Of a stretch of DNA of 44,675 nucleotides, positions 1 to 8,813 are shown in pieces. The stretch is from an uncultured bacterium (GTDB lineage: Bacteria; Deinococcota; Deinococci; Deinococcales; Trueperaceae). The position numbers and the translations under genes are program-made. Within the stretch, counting starts at the first letter, position 1. Every line of letters begins with the position of its first letter. Location of the stretch: positions 1-44,675 of the forward strand of contig CAZQVC010000001.1 in assembly GCA_964596625.1 (NCBI GenBank), given 5' to 3'. The notes beneath the pieces were generated by a model. The model did no database searches and was not told the origin of the DNA. It worked only from the letters and a program-made list of their open reading frames with translations.

Positions 1-1
1 C

Positions 2-1672
2 AAGACCGAGGAGAAGGAGTTCCAGGAGATCTACTCCTCCGACGTCCTGGTGATCCCCACCAACAAGCCGGTCATCCGCGACGACGGCGAGGACGTCGTC
101 TTCCGCACGCAGCAGGGCAAGTACGACGCGGTGGTCGAGGAGATCGTCGAGGTGCACGCGACCGGCCGCCCCATCCTGGTCGGCACCGTGACCATCGAGT
201 CGTCCGAGCGCCTCTCGAAGATGCTCAAGCGGCGCGGCGTGCAGCACGAGGTGCTCAACGCGAAGTTCCACGGCCGCGAGGCCGAGATCGTCGCGCAGGC
301 CGGTCGCAGCGGCGCGGTCACGATCTCGACCAACATGGCGGGCCGCGGGACCGACATCGTGCTGGGGGGCAACCCCGAGTGGCTGGCCCGCCAGCAGCTC
401 GAACGCGAGGGCTTCGAGCGCTACGACTCCGACACGGAGCTGTTCATCAGGGCCATCATGCTGGGCCGCCCAGACGAGGCGAGGGACCTCGCCCGCAAGA
501 TGGAGGGCATGCCCGACGACATCATCCCGCGGCTGGAGAAGATCCGCGACGACGCCAAGGTCGACCACGAGAAGGTGGTGTCCGCAGGCGGCCTGCACAT
601 CATCGGCACCGAGCGACACGAGTCGCGGCGCATCGACAACCAGCTGCGTGGCCGCGCCGGCCGTCAGGGCGACCCCGGCTCGAGCCGCTTCTACGTCAGC
701 TTCGAGGACGACCTCATGCAGCTGTTCGCCAACGAGCGCGTGCTCGGCATGATGGACCGCCTCGGGATGGACGACTCGCAGCCCATCGAGGCCCGCATGG
801 TGACGGGCGCCATCGAGCGCGCCCAGAAGCGCGTTGAGGACCGCAACTTCGGCATCCGCAAGCAACTGCTCGAGTTCGACAACGTCATGAGCAAGCAGCG
901 CGAGGTCATCTACCTCCAGCGCCGCCAGGTGCTGCTCGGCAACGACGTCAGCGACGACGTCCAGGACATGATCGCCGAGTACCTCGACTCGCAGGTGCAG
1001 CACTACTTGAACCCCGAGCTCGAGCCGGAGGAGCAGGACATCCCGGCGATGACCGCGGCCGTGGTCGACGCCGTGCCTGCCCTCTCCGACACCGACCTCG
1101 AGAAGTTCCGCGGCCAGGATCCCGACAGCGTCACCGACGCGCTCGTCGAGCTCATGGAGGCGGCCTACCAGCAGCGCGAGGAGGAGCTCGGCGCGCCGCT
1201 GCTGCGCGAGCTCGAGCGCTTCATCGTCCTGCAGGTCGTCGACCAGCACTGGAAGGAGCACCTCCACAACATGGACGTGCTCCGGCAAGGCATCGGCCTG
1301 CGCGGCTACGGTCAGCGCAACCCGCTGCAGGAGTACGCCTTCGAGGGCTTCAACCTCTTCGAGGAGATGAAGGCCAACATCCGCCTCAACGTGGCCAAGC
1401 TGCTGTTCCGGGTCGAGGTCCAGACCGACGCCAACCTGCAGCGCCGCAACCAGCGGCAGGCGCCGCTCCAGTTCTCCGCCGACCAGCCGCAATCGGTCGG
1501 CGCTGCCGCCGCCGGCCGCGCCCCGGTCCGCGGGCCGGGAGGCGGTCAGCCGCGCGCCAGCGGTCCGACGGCTCCTATCCGCGCCGAGGAGAAGGTCGGC
1601 CGCAACGACCCGTGCCCCTGCGGCAGCGGCAAGAAGTACAAGCACTGCCACGGACGCGTCGCGGCCGCGTGA
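2..1672 (+). CDS. secA: Preprotein translocase ATPase SecA, C-terminal ~556 aa (5' end lies outside the window)
   Basis: The frame is open from the window edge ([23 protein letters not shown]). Motifs [10 protein letters not shown] and [31 protein letters not shown] are present, and the C-terminus has the zinc-finger tail [14 protein letters not shown]. Confidence 0.97.
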   Translation, partial: KTEEKEFQEIYSSDVLVIPTNKPVIRDDGEDVVFRTQQGKYDAVVEEIVEVHATGRPILVGTVTIESSERLSKMLKRRGVQHEVLNAKFHGREAEIVAQAGRSGAVTISTNMAGRGTDIVLGGNPEWLARQQLEREGFERYDSDTELFIRAIMLGRPDEARDLARKMEGMPDDIIPRLEKIRDDAKVDHEKVVSAGGLHIIGTERHESRRIDNQLRGRAGRQGDPGSSRFYVSFEDDLMQLFANERVLGMMDRLGMDDSQPIEARMVTGAIERAQKRVEDRNFGIRKQLLEFDNVMSKQREVIYLQRRQVLLGNDVSDDVQDMIAEYLDSQVQHYLNPELEPEEQDIPAMTAAVVDAVPALSDTDLEKFRGQDPDSVTDALVELMEAAYQQREEELGAPLLRELERFIVLQVVDQHWKEHLHNMDVLRQGIGLRGYGQRNPLQEYAFEGFNLFEEMKANIRLNVAKLLFRVEVQTDANLQRRNQRQAPLQFSADQPQSVGAAAAGRAPVRGPGGGQPRASGPTAPIRAEEKVGRNDPCPCGSGKKYKHCHGRVAAA

Positions 1673-1706
1673 GCCCGCGGGCCGCGCGGGCGCGGGGTGA
1701 AGCGGC

Positions 1707-2624
1707 CTGAGCGCGTTCAGCGAGCGGCTCAACGAGCGCAGTGAGCGGCTCTCGAGCGCGGTCTGCCTCGGCATCGACCCGCGGCCGGCGGCGCACGCCT
1801 ACACCGAACCGGCCCGTCACCGGCACGATCCCGGCGCGGTGGCCGACAGCGTCGCGCGCTACTTCACGGCGATCCTGGAGAGCACCCACGACCTCCTGGC
1901 ATGCTGCAAGCCCCAGAGCGCCTTCTTCGAAGCGCTCGGGGTGCCGGGGCTCGAGGCGCTGCAGAGGCTCGTCGCGAAGGCCCGCGAGCTCGGCCTGCCC
2001 GTGGTGCTCGACGCCAAGAGAGGCGACATCGGCAGCACGGCGGAGGCCTACGCCGAGGCTTACCTGGCTGACGGCCCGCTGGCGGCCGACGCGCTGACCG
2101 TCAACCCGTTCCTCGGACTCGACACGCTCGAGCCGTTCATCGAGCGGGCCGTCGAGCACGGCCGGGGGCTGTTCGTGCTGCTGCGGACCTCCAACCCGGG
2201 CAGCGCCGACCTGCAGGGCGTAACCGACGGCGCCGGCGTGCCGCTGTACCTACGCCTGGCGAGGAGACTGGCCGCGCGCGCCGAGGACCTGCCGCGTGAC
2301 CGCTTCGGCTACGGTCCGCTCGGCGCGGTGGTGGGCGCGCAGCACGGTGAGGAGGCGCGGCGGCTGCGGGAGCTGCTCCCCTCCTCGCTCTTCCTGGTGC
2401 CCGGCTACGGCGCGCAGGGCGGCACGGCCGAGTCGGTGGCGCCGGCCTTCGACGGGCGCGGCCTCGGTGCGCTGGTCAGCGCGAGCCGCTCGCTCACCTA
2501 CGCCGACGAGCTACGCGAGGTCACCGACTTGAGCGAGCTCGGCGCGGCCGTGCGGCTGCGGGTCGAGGCGATGCGCACGGACCTCGGGCGGGTGACGCCT
2601 ACGGGGTCTGCATGTGGGAGATGA
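1707..2624 (+). CDS. pyrF: Orotidine 5'-phosphate decarboxylase, type 2
   Basis: Motifs DAKRGDIGSTAEAYA and CKPQSAFFE are present. The conserved N-terminal block FSERLNE...VCLGIDPRP lies upstream of the first GTG (1839) and right after an in-frame TGA at 1698. The only start-like codon there is CTG at 1707, so the start is uncertain. Confidence 0.88.
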   Translation: MSAFSERLNERSERLSSAVCLGIDPRPAAHAYTEPARHRHDPGAVADSVARYFTAILESTHDLLACCKPQSAFFEALGVPGLEALQRLVAKARELGLPVVLDAKRGDIGSTAEAYAEAYLADGPLAADALTVNPFLGLDTLEPFIERAVEHGRGLFVLLRTSNPGSADLQGVTDGAGVPLYLRLARRLAARAEDLPRDRFGYGPLGAVVGAQHGEEARRLRELLPSSLFLVPGYGAQGGTAESVAPAFDGRGLGALVSASRSLTYADELREVTDLSELGAAVRLRVEAMRTDLGRVTPTGSACGR

Positions 2625-3585
2625 AGCCGGTCGGTGAGAGGTTGGTGCGCACGCTGGTCATGAGCCCGAGGATCCGGCCGATGCCGATCTCAGGGCCGTC
2701 GAAGACCGCGGCGTAGACCCTCACGCCGTCGAGTTCGGGCAGCGTGAAGTCGAAGGCCTGCAGCTCGGCGCCCGGCTCGACCTCTAGCGGCCACGCCCCG
2801 CCCGCCTGCGGCTCGCTGGCGACGACGTACATGCGCGAGTCGTTGTGGGTGAGGAACAGGCTCTTCGCCCGCTCCTGAGGTGCGGAGATGTAGCGGTCGA
2901 CCTTCACCGCGCAGTTGCTGAGGTTTGGCAGCACGGCGCGCGGGTCGCGGCCCAGCTCGACGCCGTCGAGCGGCCTCACCACTAGCAGGCGGGGGTAGAC
3001 CGTCCAGTTCCAGATGATCGCCCAGAACGAGAGCCGGTCGCCGTTGTCGGGGTCGCTGGCCAAGAGCGCCGCCGGCCTGATGGCGGACGAGACCTCGCCG
3101 AGCACCAGCGCCATGTCGTTCACGACGTCGGCCGCCGAACCCGGCGCGTCGGGCAGCGGGCCGTCGAGCTTGTACCAGGCGAGGAACGCGCTCAACATGG
3201 CACGCCACGTCTGCTCGTCGAGCGCGTCAGGGGTCCAGTTCGGCGCCAGCAGGCGGCGGTCCTGCAGGAACTTCACGGCCGGGTAAGCCGGGTGGTCCTC
3301 GGCCAGTGGCACCGAGCCGCCGGTGCGCAGCCGCGGGAGAGCGGGCTCCACCAGGTCGACCGCCCGCTTCAGCGCGAGCGCGGCGTCGACGCCCGTCGCG
3401 GGGCGCTCGAGCTGGCTGTCGAGCAGGGCGCCGTGGATCTCCTCGAGGCAGACCTGCGCCGCGGCCGTAGCCAACCCGGCGCAGAGGAGCACAGCGGCGA
3501 GCCAGCGCGCCGCTCGGCCCAGCGGCCGAGAGATCAGGAGGCGCACTGCCCGCGGCGCGGACGTGTTCGAGCGTCTCGTAGGCAT
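2599..3585 (-). CDS. Hypothetical secreted or membrane-anchored protein
   Basis: Long ORF with high GC3. The N-terminus has a basic stretch followed by a hydrophobic segment (RWLAAVLLCAGLATAAAQ). ATG 3585 is preceded by TACACT and a 7-nt spacer, the leaderless layout. No motif recognised. Confidence 0.6.
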   Translation of the reverse strand: MPTRRSNTSAPRAVRLLISRPLGRAARWLAAVLLCAGLATAAAQVCLEEIHGALLDSQLERPATGVDAALALKRAVDLVEPALPRLRTGGSVPLAEDHPAYPAVKFLQDRRLLAPNWTPDALDEQTWRAMLSAFLAWYKLDGPLPDAPGSAADVVNDMALVLGEVSSAIRPAALLASDPDNGDRLSFWAIIWNWTVYPRLLVVRPLDGVELGRDPRAVLPNLSNCAVKVDRYISAPQERAKSLFLTHNDSRMYVVASEPQAGGAWPLEVEPGAELQAFDFTLPELDGVRVYAAVFDGPEIGIGRILGLMTSVRTNLSPTGFISHMQTP

Positions 3586-3592
3586 CTGGGCG

Positions 3593-3598
3593 AGTGTA
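3593..3598 (-). promoter_or_regulatory. -10 box TACACT, 7 nt before ATG 3585 (leaderless layout)
   Basis: The hexamer and spacing were read directly. There is no SD. Confidence 0.4.
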
Positions 3599-3687
3599 CC
3601 CGCGAGCACCTCAGCAACATGTGAAGCGGTTTGGCGAGAGGGCGTATGGCGCCACGGCGTGAGCCGTCGGCTGTCGGACGACGCCGG

Positions 3688-5364
3688 CTAGCGCCGCGCG
3701 CCCTCGCCGACGTTGGTGGTCAGGTACTCGAGGAAGTAGCTGCTGTTCGCCGCCGCGGCGGCGACCGCCGGGTCGGCGGCCCAGACGCGGATGTACTCAC
3801 CGGCGAAGACGCTAAGCACGTCGCCGCTGCGGTACGGGCCGCCGCTGTCGGGCACCCGCTTGCCGCTGCCGTCGACGATCTCGGCCTCGAGCGCGACGCC
3901 GCCGACGTCGTCGAAGGCGACCGTGCCGCCGTAGGCCAGACGCCAGTAGTCGGCGTCCCCTATCGTCTCGATCGCGCCGCTGTCGTCGCCGGTGAGGACA
4001 GGGGCGCTGCCGGGCGCGTCGTTCTGCGGCTCCGTCTCGTCCATGAAGCTCGCGCCGTAGGCGAAGAGGTCGATGCTGCGGCGGCCGCCGTCGTTGGTGA
4101 CGTACACCCGGTAGCTCCCGGCTCCCGGCTCGAAGATCACGCACGAGCCGCGGCAGGCGAGCGCGACGTCGACGGCGGCCGGCCGTGCTCCCACGTCGGG
4201 CGCGAGCGTTCCCGGCCTGCTGGAGAACGAAGCGCTCGAGGAGCTGCTCGCGACGTGGGAGGCGCCGGAGCCCGAGCGCACCTCGAGGCCGACGTTCCTG
4301 TCGAGCTCGACGTAGAGCACCTCCCGGCCGCGCACGTTGGAAGGCAGGTCGAGGACGTACTCGACGGTCTGTCCCGCCTCGAAGGTGCGGCTGTCAACCG
4401 GCTGGTTCGGGTTGGTGTTGGCCGTGATCGCCACGTGCGTCGGCGGTCGGCCGGGGGTGCCGGGCGGCAGCGCCACGCTCGAGAGGTAGTAGGTGCTCGC
4501 GGCCGGCGGGCCGGCGACGGCGTTGCCCGCGCCCCGGATGCGGACGGCCTCGCTCTCGAAGACCGAGAAGGTGCTGCCGGGGTAGTAGGGTCCGGCCACC
4601 ACCCCGCCGCCGGTGCCGACCACGACCGCCTCGAGCTCGGCGCCGGTCACCGCGGCGAACGTCACCGCGAGGTCGTCAGGCGAGTACCAGTAGTCCTGAT
4701 CGCCGAGCACCTCGATCGCCCCCGAGACCTCGGCGCCGAGCACCGGGGCGGTTCCGCGCAGGTCGTTCTGCGGCTCGGTGTCGTCCTGCAGGTCGTAGCC
4801 GAAGAGGTAGAGGCCGGCCTCGACGGTCGAGCCGCCGTGGTTTACGACCCGGGCGTAGTAGGTTTCCGAGGTCGCGCGGAAGATCACGCACGGGCCTCGG
4901 CAGGCCGTCTGCTCCTCCACGGCGGCCGGCCGCGACTCCGGGGTCGGCGAAGCGGCTCCGGTCGGCGGGGCCGCAGCTGCCGGCACCGGCTGGGGCACGC
5001 CCTGAATGACGCCCCTCACGAACCGGGCAGGCGACGCGCTGCTCGCGATCACCGACCAGTAGCTGGGGCTGCGCAGCTCCAGCACGGCCCCGCTCTCGCC
5101 GCCGTCGAGCTCGAGGTAGAGCACGTCGAAGTCGGCGCGGATCCCGGCGGGGACGGCCAGCTCGTAGTCCCGCCACTCGCCCGGCGCGAGCGACAGCGTG
5201 TCGACCGCCGAACTGGGATCGCTCGAGGCGACGACCAGCTCGGCGGGCGGCGGCGGAGGTGGTGGTTGGGTGCAGGCCGCGAGCAGCACCAGCAGCGACA
5301 GCGCCAAGGCCGACCCTCGGCCGAGCGCGCCTCGTGCGTTGCTACTGCCGCTGACGACCCGCAT
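3688..5364 (-). CDS. Lipoprotein with two tandem ~260-aa modules, each ending in a PPC (pre-peptidase C-terminal)-like domain
   Basis: Lipobox LLAAC is followed by a 7-Pro linker. Internal duplication runs aa ~41-300 and ~305-558. Each module has LYxELD...LExR, AC(R)G(P/S)CVIF and (D)ETEPQND...APVL...GAIE..GD.DYW. GGAGG lies 9 nt upstream of the ATG. Confidence 0.75.
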   Translation of the reverse strand: MRVVSGSSNARGALGRGSALALSLLVLLAACTQPPPPPPPAELVVASSDPSSAVDTLSLAPGEWRDYELAVPAGIRADFDVLYLELDGGESGAVLELRSPSYWSVIASSASPARFVRGVIQGVPQPVPAAAAPPTGAASPTPESRPAAVEEQTACRGPCVIFRATSETYYARVVNHGGSTVEAGLYLFGYDLQDDTEPQNDLRGTAPVLGAEVSGAIEVLGDQDYWYSPDDLAVTFAAVTGAELEAVVVGTGGGVVAGPYYPGSTFSVFESEAVRIRGAGNAVAGPPAASTYYLSSVALPPGTPGRPPTHVAITANTNPNQPVDSRTFEAGQTVEYVLDLPSNVRGREVLYVELDRNVGLEVRSGSGASHVASSSSSASFSSRPGTLAPDVGARPAAVDVALACRGSCVIFEPGAGSYRVYVTNDGGRRSIDLFAYGASFMDETEPQNDAPGSAPVLTGDDSGAIETIGDADYWRLAYGGTVAFDDVGGVALEAEIVDGSGKRVPDSGGPYRSGDVLSVFAGEYIRVWAADPAVAAAAANSSYFLEYLTTNVGEGARR

Positions 5365-5378
5365 CGAAGCCTCGCCTC

Positions 5379-6248
5379 CTAGCGGGACCTGGGGCCCTGC
5401 GAGAGGGGCGCCTCAAGGTAATCGAGGTAGTAGCCGCTCTTCGAGGACGACGCCGCGATGTTCGCGTCGGCGGCCCATACCCGGAGGAACTCGCCGGTGA
5501 AGACCTGGATCGAATCGCCGGGGTAGTAAGGGCCGGGCAGGTTGGAAACGGGCGCGCCGTTCTCGTCGACGATGTAGGCCTCGAGCTCTATTCCACCTTC
5601 GTTGTCGTCGAAGGCGACGGTGCCGTCGTTGACCATGTAGAAGTAGTCGATGTCGCCGACGGTCTCGATGGCGCCGCCGTCGAAGGCGAAGAGGTTGGGA
5701 GCGGTGTCGGGGTCGTCGTTGTTGTCCTCGGTCTCGTCGGAGTACTGATCGCCGTAGATGTAGAGGTTGACGCCGTTGACCGTGGAGGAGCCGTTGTTGA
5801 CGACCCGCACGTAGAAGACGCTCGGCACGGAGTCGAGGATCACGCAGGAGCCGTCACAGGTGACCGGGGTCGAAACGGCCTGGCCTTCCACGGCGGCAGC
5901 GCCCGTGGCCGCGACGCCGGTGAGCCCGGAGCCGAAGAAGTTCGCAGAGGTCGCGCTGAACGCCACGGAGGGGTAGCCGGTGCCGTCGGGGCGCACCTCG
6001 AGCCGCAGGTTGCGGTCGAGCTCGACGTAGAGCAGGTCGGCGCCGGCCACGCTGGAGGGCACCGTCACGCGGTAGACCTCCTCGTCGCCCGGTCCGAAGG
6101 TCAGCGTGTCGACAGGCTGGCTGGGGTCGTTGTTGGCCGTAACGGGGAACGCGTCGGCGGGCGGCCCAGCAGGTTCCTGGGTGACGGTGCAGGCTGCGAG
6201 CACGAGTGCGGCGATGGCGGCTACGAAGATGGTGGTGATGCGCTTCAT
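5379..6248 (-). CDS. Lipoprotein with one copy of the same PPC-containing module (paralog of 3688-5364)
   Basis: MKRITTIFVAAIAALVLAAC lipobox. Motifs LLYVELDRNLRLEVR, CDGSCVIL, DETEDNNDDPDTAPNL...GAIETVGDIDYFY and FLRVWAA...YYLDY are present. GGAGGAG lies upstream of ATG 6248. The track ORF start at 6320 is probably an extension. Confidence 0.75.
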   Translation of the reverse strand: MKRITTIFVAAIAALVLAACTVTQEPAGPPADAFPVTANNDPSQPVDTLTFGPGDEEVYRVTVPSSVAGADLLYVELDRNLRLEVRPDGTGYPSVAFSATSANFFGSGLTGVAATGAAAVEGQAVSTPVTCDGSCVILDSVPSVFYVRVVNNGSSTVNGVNLYIYGDQYSDETEDNNDDPDTAPNLFAFDGGAIETVGDIDYFYMVNDGTVAFDDNEGGIELEAYIVDENGAPVSNLPGPYYPGDSIQVFTGEFLRVWAADANIAASSSKSGYYLDYLEAPLSQGPRSR

Positions 6249-6462
6249 GGCTCCTCCTAGGTCTCGCTCTAGGCGACTGGTCACTCGCCCAGGGTTCAAA
6301 AAGTCGTGACGCGGTCGCAATGCTGACTCCTCAACACTTTACGCGCGTCAGGATGAGACTTCTCATGTGGCGCGTGTGAAGCGTTAACCGTCTCGTCATG
6401 CGAGCGGTTCCCGGCGCTCATGAGCAGGCCCTCCGGCGGGCCCCGGACGTTCGTGCGCCGGC

Positions 6463-8073
6463 CTACTCGAGCACCAGCAGATACGGGTAGAGGTCGGGCG
6501 CGCCGGAGTGGAGTTCGATCTCGAGCTCCGGGTGAGCCTCCTCGATGCGCGCCAGCACCGCCGCCGCCCGGTCGGCGGAGACCTCGACGCTGTGGAACAA
6601 CGAGGCGACGTCGTGCTCGTCTGCTCGCTCGGCGAGCAGCGCGAGCAGCGCCTCCTCGTAGCTGTGCGCCGCCGTCTCCAGCACGCCGTCGACGAGCCCG
6701 ATGGCCTGGCCCTCGCTCACCGCCACGCCGTCGATCTCCGCCTCGCGGCTGGCGCTGGTGACCTCGAGCGTGACGGTCGACTCGGCGGCGGAGCGCATCT
6801 CCTCGAGCAGCACGTCGGCGGGCAGGGCCTCGTTGAACGACACGGCCGCGGCTAGCCCCTGCCCCAGCGTCCTCGTCGGCAGCACCTTGACGGTCTTCTC
6901 CGGCACCAGCTCGGCGACCCGCTCAGCCGCCATGATCACGTTCTTGTTGTTCGGCATGACGATCACGGTCTCTGCGCCCACCGAGCGCACGGCGTCGGCG
7001 ATGTCCTGGACGGACGGGTTGTCGGTCTGCCCGCCGCCGATCACCCTCACCCCGAGGCTCCTGAAGACCTGCGTCAGGCCGTACCCGCTGGCGACGGCCA
7101 CCGCGGCGGAGGCCGGCCCCTCGCCCTCACCGAGCTCGACGTCGGCCAGGATCTCCGAGTGCTGCTCGCTCATGTCCTCGACCTTGGAGCGGATCATGCG
7201 CCCGAAGCGACCTACCTCCGCCAGCAACTTCTCCGGCTCCTGGGTATGGATGTGCCCCTTGACGTAGCCTTCGGCCCCGACCACCAGTAGCGAGTCGCCG
7301 TAGGGCGCCACCAGCTGCTGGATCTCGCGGGTCGGCACGCTCACGTCGGCCAGCAGGAACTCGGTGCAGAAGCCGAACTCCTCCTCCTCGAACTGCTGCT
7401 GGGCGCGCTTCTCGACCTTCGGTGGGGGCGGCAGGTCGCGACCCTCGAAGAAGCCGACGACGCCTTCCAGGAGCCGCAGGACCCCCAGGCCGCCGGCGTC
7501 GACCACCCCGGCCTGCTTGAGGATGGGCAACAGGTCGGGCGTGCGCTCGAGCGAGGCGTGCCCGGCTTCCAGTGCGCGGTTGAACACCTCGACCGGCTTG
7601 GCAGACTTCGCGGCCATCGCGGCCTCTGCCGCCTCCCTCACGACGGTGAGGATGGTACCCTCGACCGGCTTCATCACCGCGCTGTAGGCCGTCGCGGAGC
7701 CGGACACCAGTGCATCGGCGACGGCCGCGCCGTCGAGCGACTTCCGCTCCTTGATGGCCTCCGCGAAGCCCTTGAGCACCTGCGAGAGGATCACGCCGGA
7801 GTTGCCGCGCGCGCCCAGCAGGGAGCCGTAAGACAGGGCGTGGGCGACGCTGGCCATGTCGACGGTGCGCAGCTCGCTGAGCTGGCGGCGCACCGACTGC
7901 ATGGTCAGGTGCATGTTGGTGCCGGTGTCGCCGTCGGGCACCGGGTAGACGTTGAGCGCGTTCACCTCCTCGACGTAGACCCCGAGCCACTGCGTGGCGA
8001 AGATGAAAGCGCGAGAGAGCTCACGCGCCGTGATGACGTCGTTGCCGTGGTCGGGTCGCGGGTGCTCAGGCAC
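6463..8073 (-). CDS. yloV: DAK2 domain fusion protein (YloV family)
   Basis: N-terminal Dak2 motif PDGDTGTNMHLT, a long DegV-like C-terminal half, and the classical position downstream of an Asp23 gene, overlapping it by 8 nt. Confidence 0.9.
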   Translation of the reverse strand: MPEHPRPDHGNDVITARELSRAFIFATQWLGVYVEEVNALNVYPVPDGDTGTNMHLTMQSVRRQLSELRTVDMASVAHALSYGSLLGARGNSGVILSQVLKGFAEAIKERKSLDGAAVADALVSGSATAYSAVMKPVEGTILTVVREAAEAAMAAKSAKPVEVFNRALEAGHASLERTPDLLPILKQAGVVDAGGLGVLRLLEGVVGFFEGRDLPPPPKVEKRAQQQFEEEEFGFCTEFLLADVSVPTREIQQLVAPYGDSLLVVGAEGYVKGHIHTQEPEKLLAEVGRFGRMIRSKVEDMSEQHSEILADVELGEGEGPASAAVAVASGYGLTQVFRSLGVRVIGGGQTDNPSVQDIADAVRSVGAETVIVMPNNKNVIMAAERVAELVPEKTVKVLPTRTLGQGLAAAVSFNEALPADVLLEEMRSAAESTVTLEVTSASREAEIDGVAVSEGQAIGLVDGVLETAAHSYEEALLALLAERADEHDVASLFHSVEVSADRAAAVLARIEEAHPELEIELHSGAPDLYPYLLVLE

Positions 8074-8509
8074 GGCTTACCCCAGCGACGTGGACCCTTA
8101 TCGCCTTGAGCTCGACCCCGGCGTACAGCTTCGCGGCGTACTTCACGCGCTCCCTCACCGAGTCGGCGACCACCGGGATGTTCACCCCGTAGGCGACGAC
8201 CACGTGCATGTCGACGTCGGCGCTGCGGCCGTCGGCGGAGCGCGCCAGCACCACGCCCTCGTCGACCTGGCTGGCGCCGAGGATGCGGCGGATGCCCTCG
8301 GTGAAGCTGGCGGGCGCCATGCCCACCACGCCGGGGACCTCGTGGGCGCTGAGGCCGATGATCGTGGCCAGCGCCTGGTCGGAGACGCTGACCTCGTCGA
8401 CCGCGGTGCGCGCCCTCCCCTGCTTCCCGGACCGCGCCTTCTCCGGCTCGCTCCGGACCTTCTCGCCGGGCGTGGTCGCCTCCGCCGCCTTACGTCGCTC
8501 GTCTGCCAT
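8066..8509 (-). CDS. yloU: Asp23/Gls24 family envelope stress protein (YloU-like)
   Basis: Asp23 pattern: VSVSDQALATIIGLSAHEVPGVVGM ... VDMHVVVAYGVNIPVVADSVRERV ... IRVHVAGV. GGAGG lies 11 nt upstream. Confidence 0.9.
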   Translation of the reverse strand: MADERRKAAEATTPGEKVRSEPEKARSGKQGRARTAVDEVSVSDQALATIIGLSAHEVPGVVGMAPASFTEGIRRILGASQVDEGVVLARSADGRSADVDMHVVVAYGVNIPVVADSVRERVKYAAKLYAGVELKAIRVHVAGVSRA

Positions 8510-8537
8510 CGTCGCCAGGACCTCCAGTCGTCAGTAG

Positions 8538-8813
8538 CTAATCCATGCCGGCCAGGAAGCCGATCCGGCGCAAGGCGCGTATCAGGTCCATGACGGTCGC
8601 CTCGCTGGGGTCGTAGTCGACGACCACCTTGCCGCCGTCACCGGGCCCGACGGCGTGCACGCCGGGTACCGCCGCCAGCGCCGCATGCACGCGGCGGATC
8701 GCGTCGTCGGAGTCGAGACCCCTCACCGCGACCAGCGCCCTGGCCAACGACTCGGCCGGATCCCCCTGCGTCGCTCCCCCCTGGATCTGCCCCGGCACGT
8801 CGTTATCGGTCAT
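8538..8813 (-). CDS. Small HMA-like (ferredoxin-fold) protein lacking the CxxC metal site
   Basis: It aligns by eye to the heavy-metal-associated domain (VAVRGL-DSDDAIRRVHAALAAVPGVHAV...KVVVDYDP...LIRALRRIGFLA), but GMTCxxC is replaced by GLDSDDA. A strong GGGGGAGGAG lies upstream of ATG 8813. Confidence 0.55.
   Translation of the reverse strand: MTDNDVPGQIQGGATQGDPAESLARALVAVRGLDSDDAIRRVHAALAAVPGVHAVGPGDGGKVVVDYDPSEATVMDLIRALRRIGFLAGMD

Noticed and set aside
3631-5382. A 583-aa ORF on the + strand, antisense to the PPC lipoprotein gene.
   Set aside because: Its composition is Arg/Ala/Gly/Asp-rich with no motifs, and it exactly shadows a gene that has lipobox and domain signatures. This is the typical stop-codon-poor antisense frame of a ~70% GC genome.
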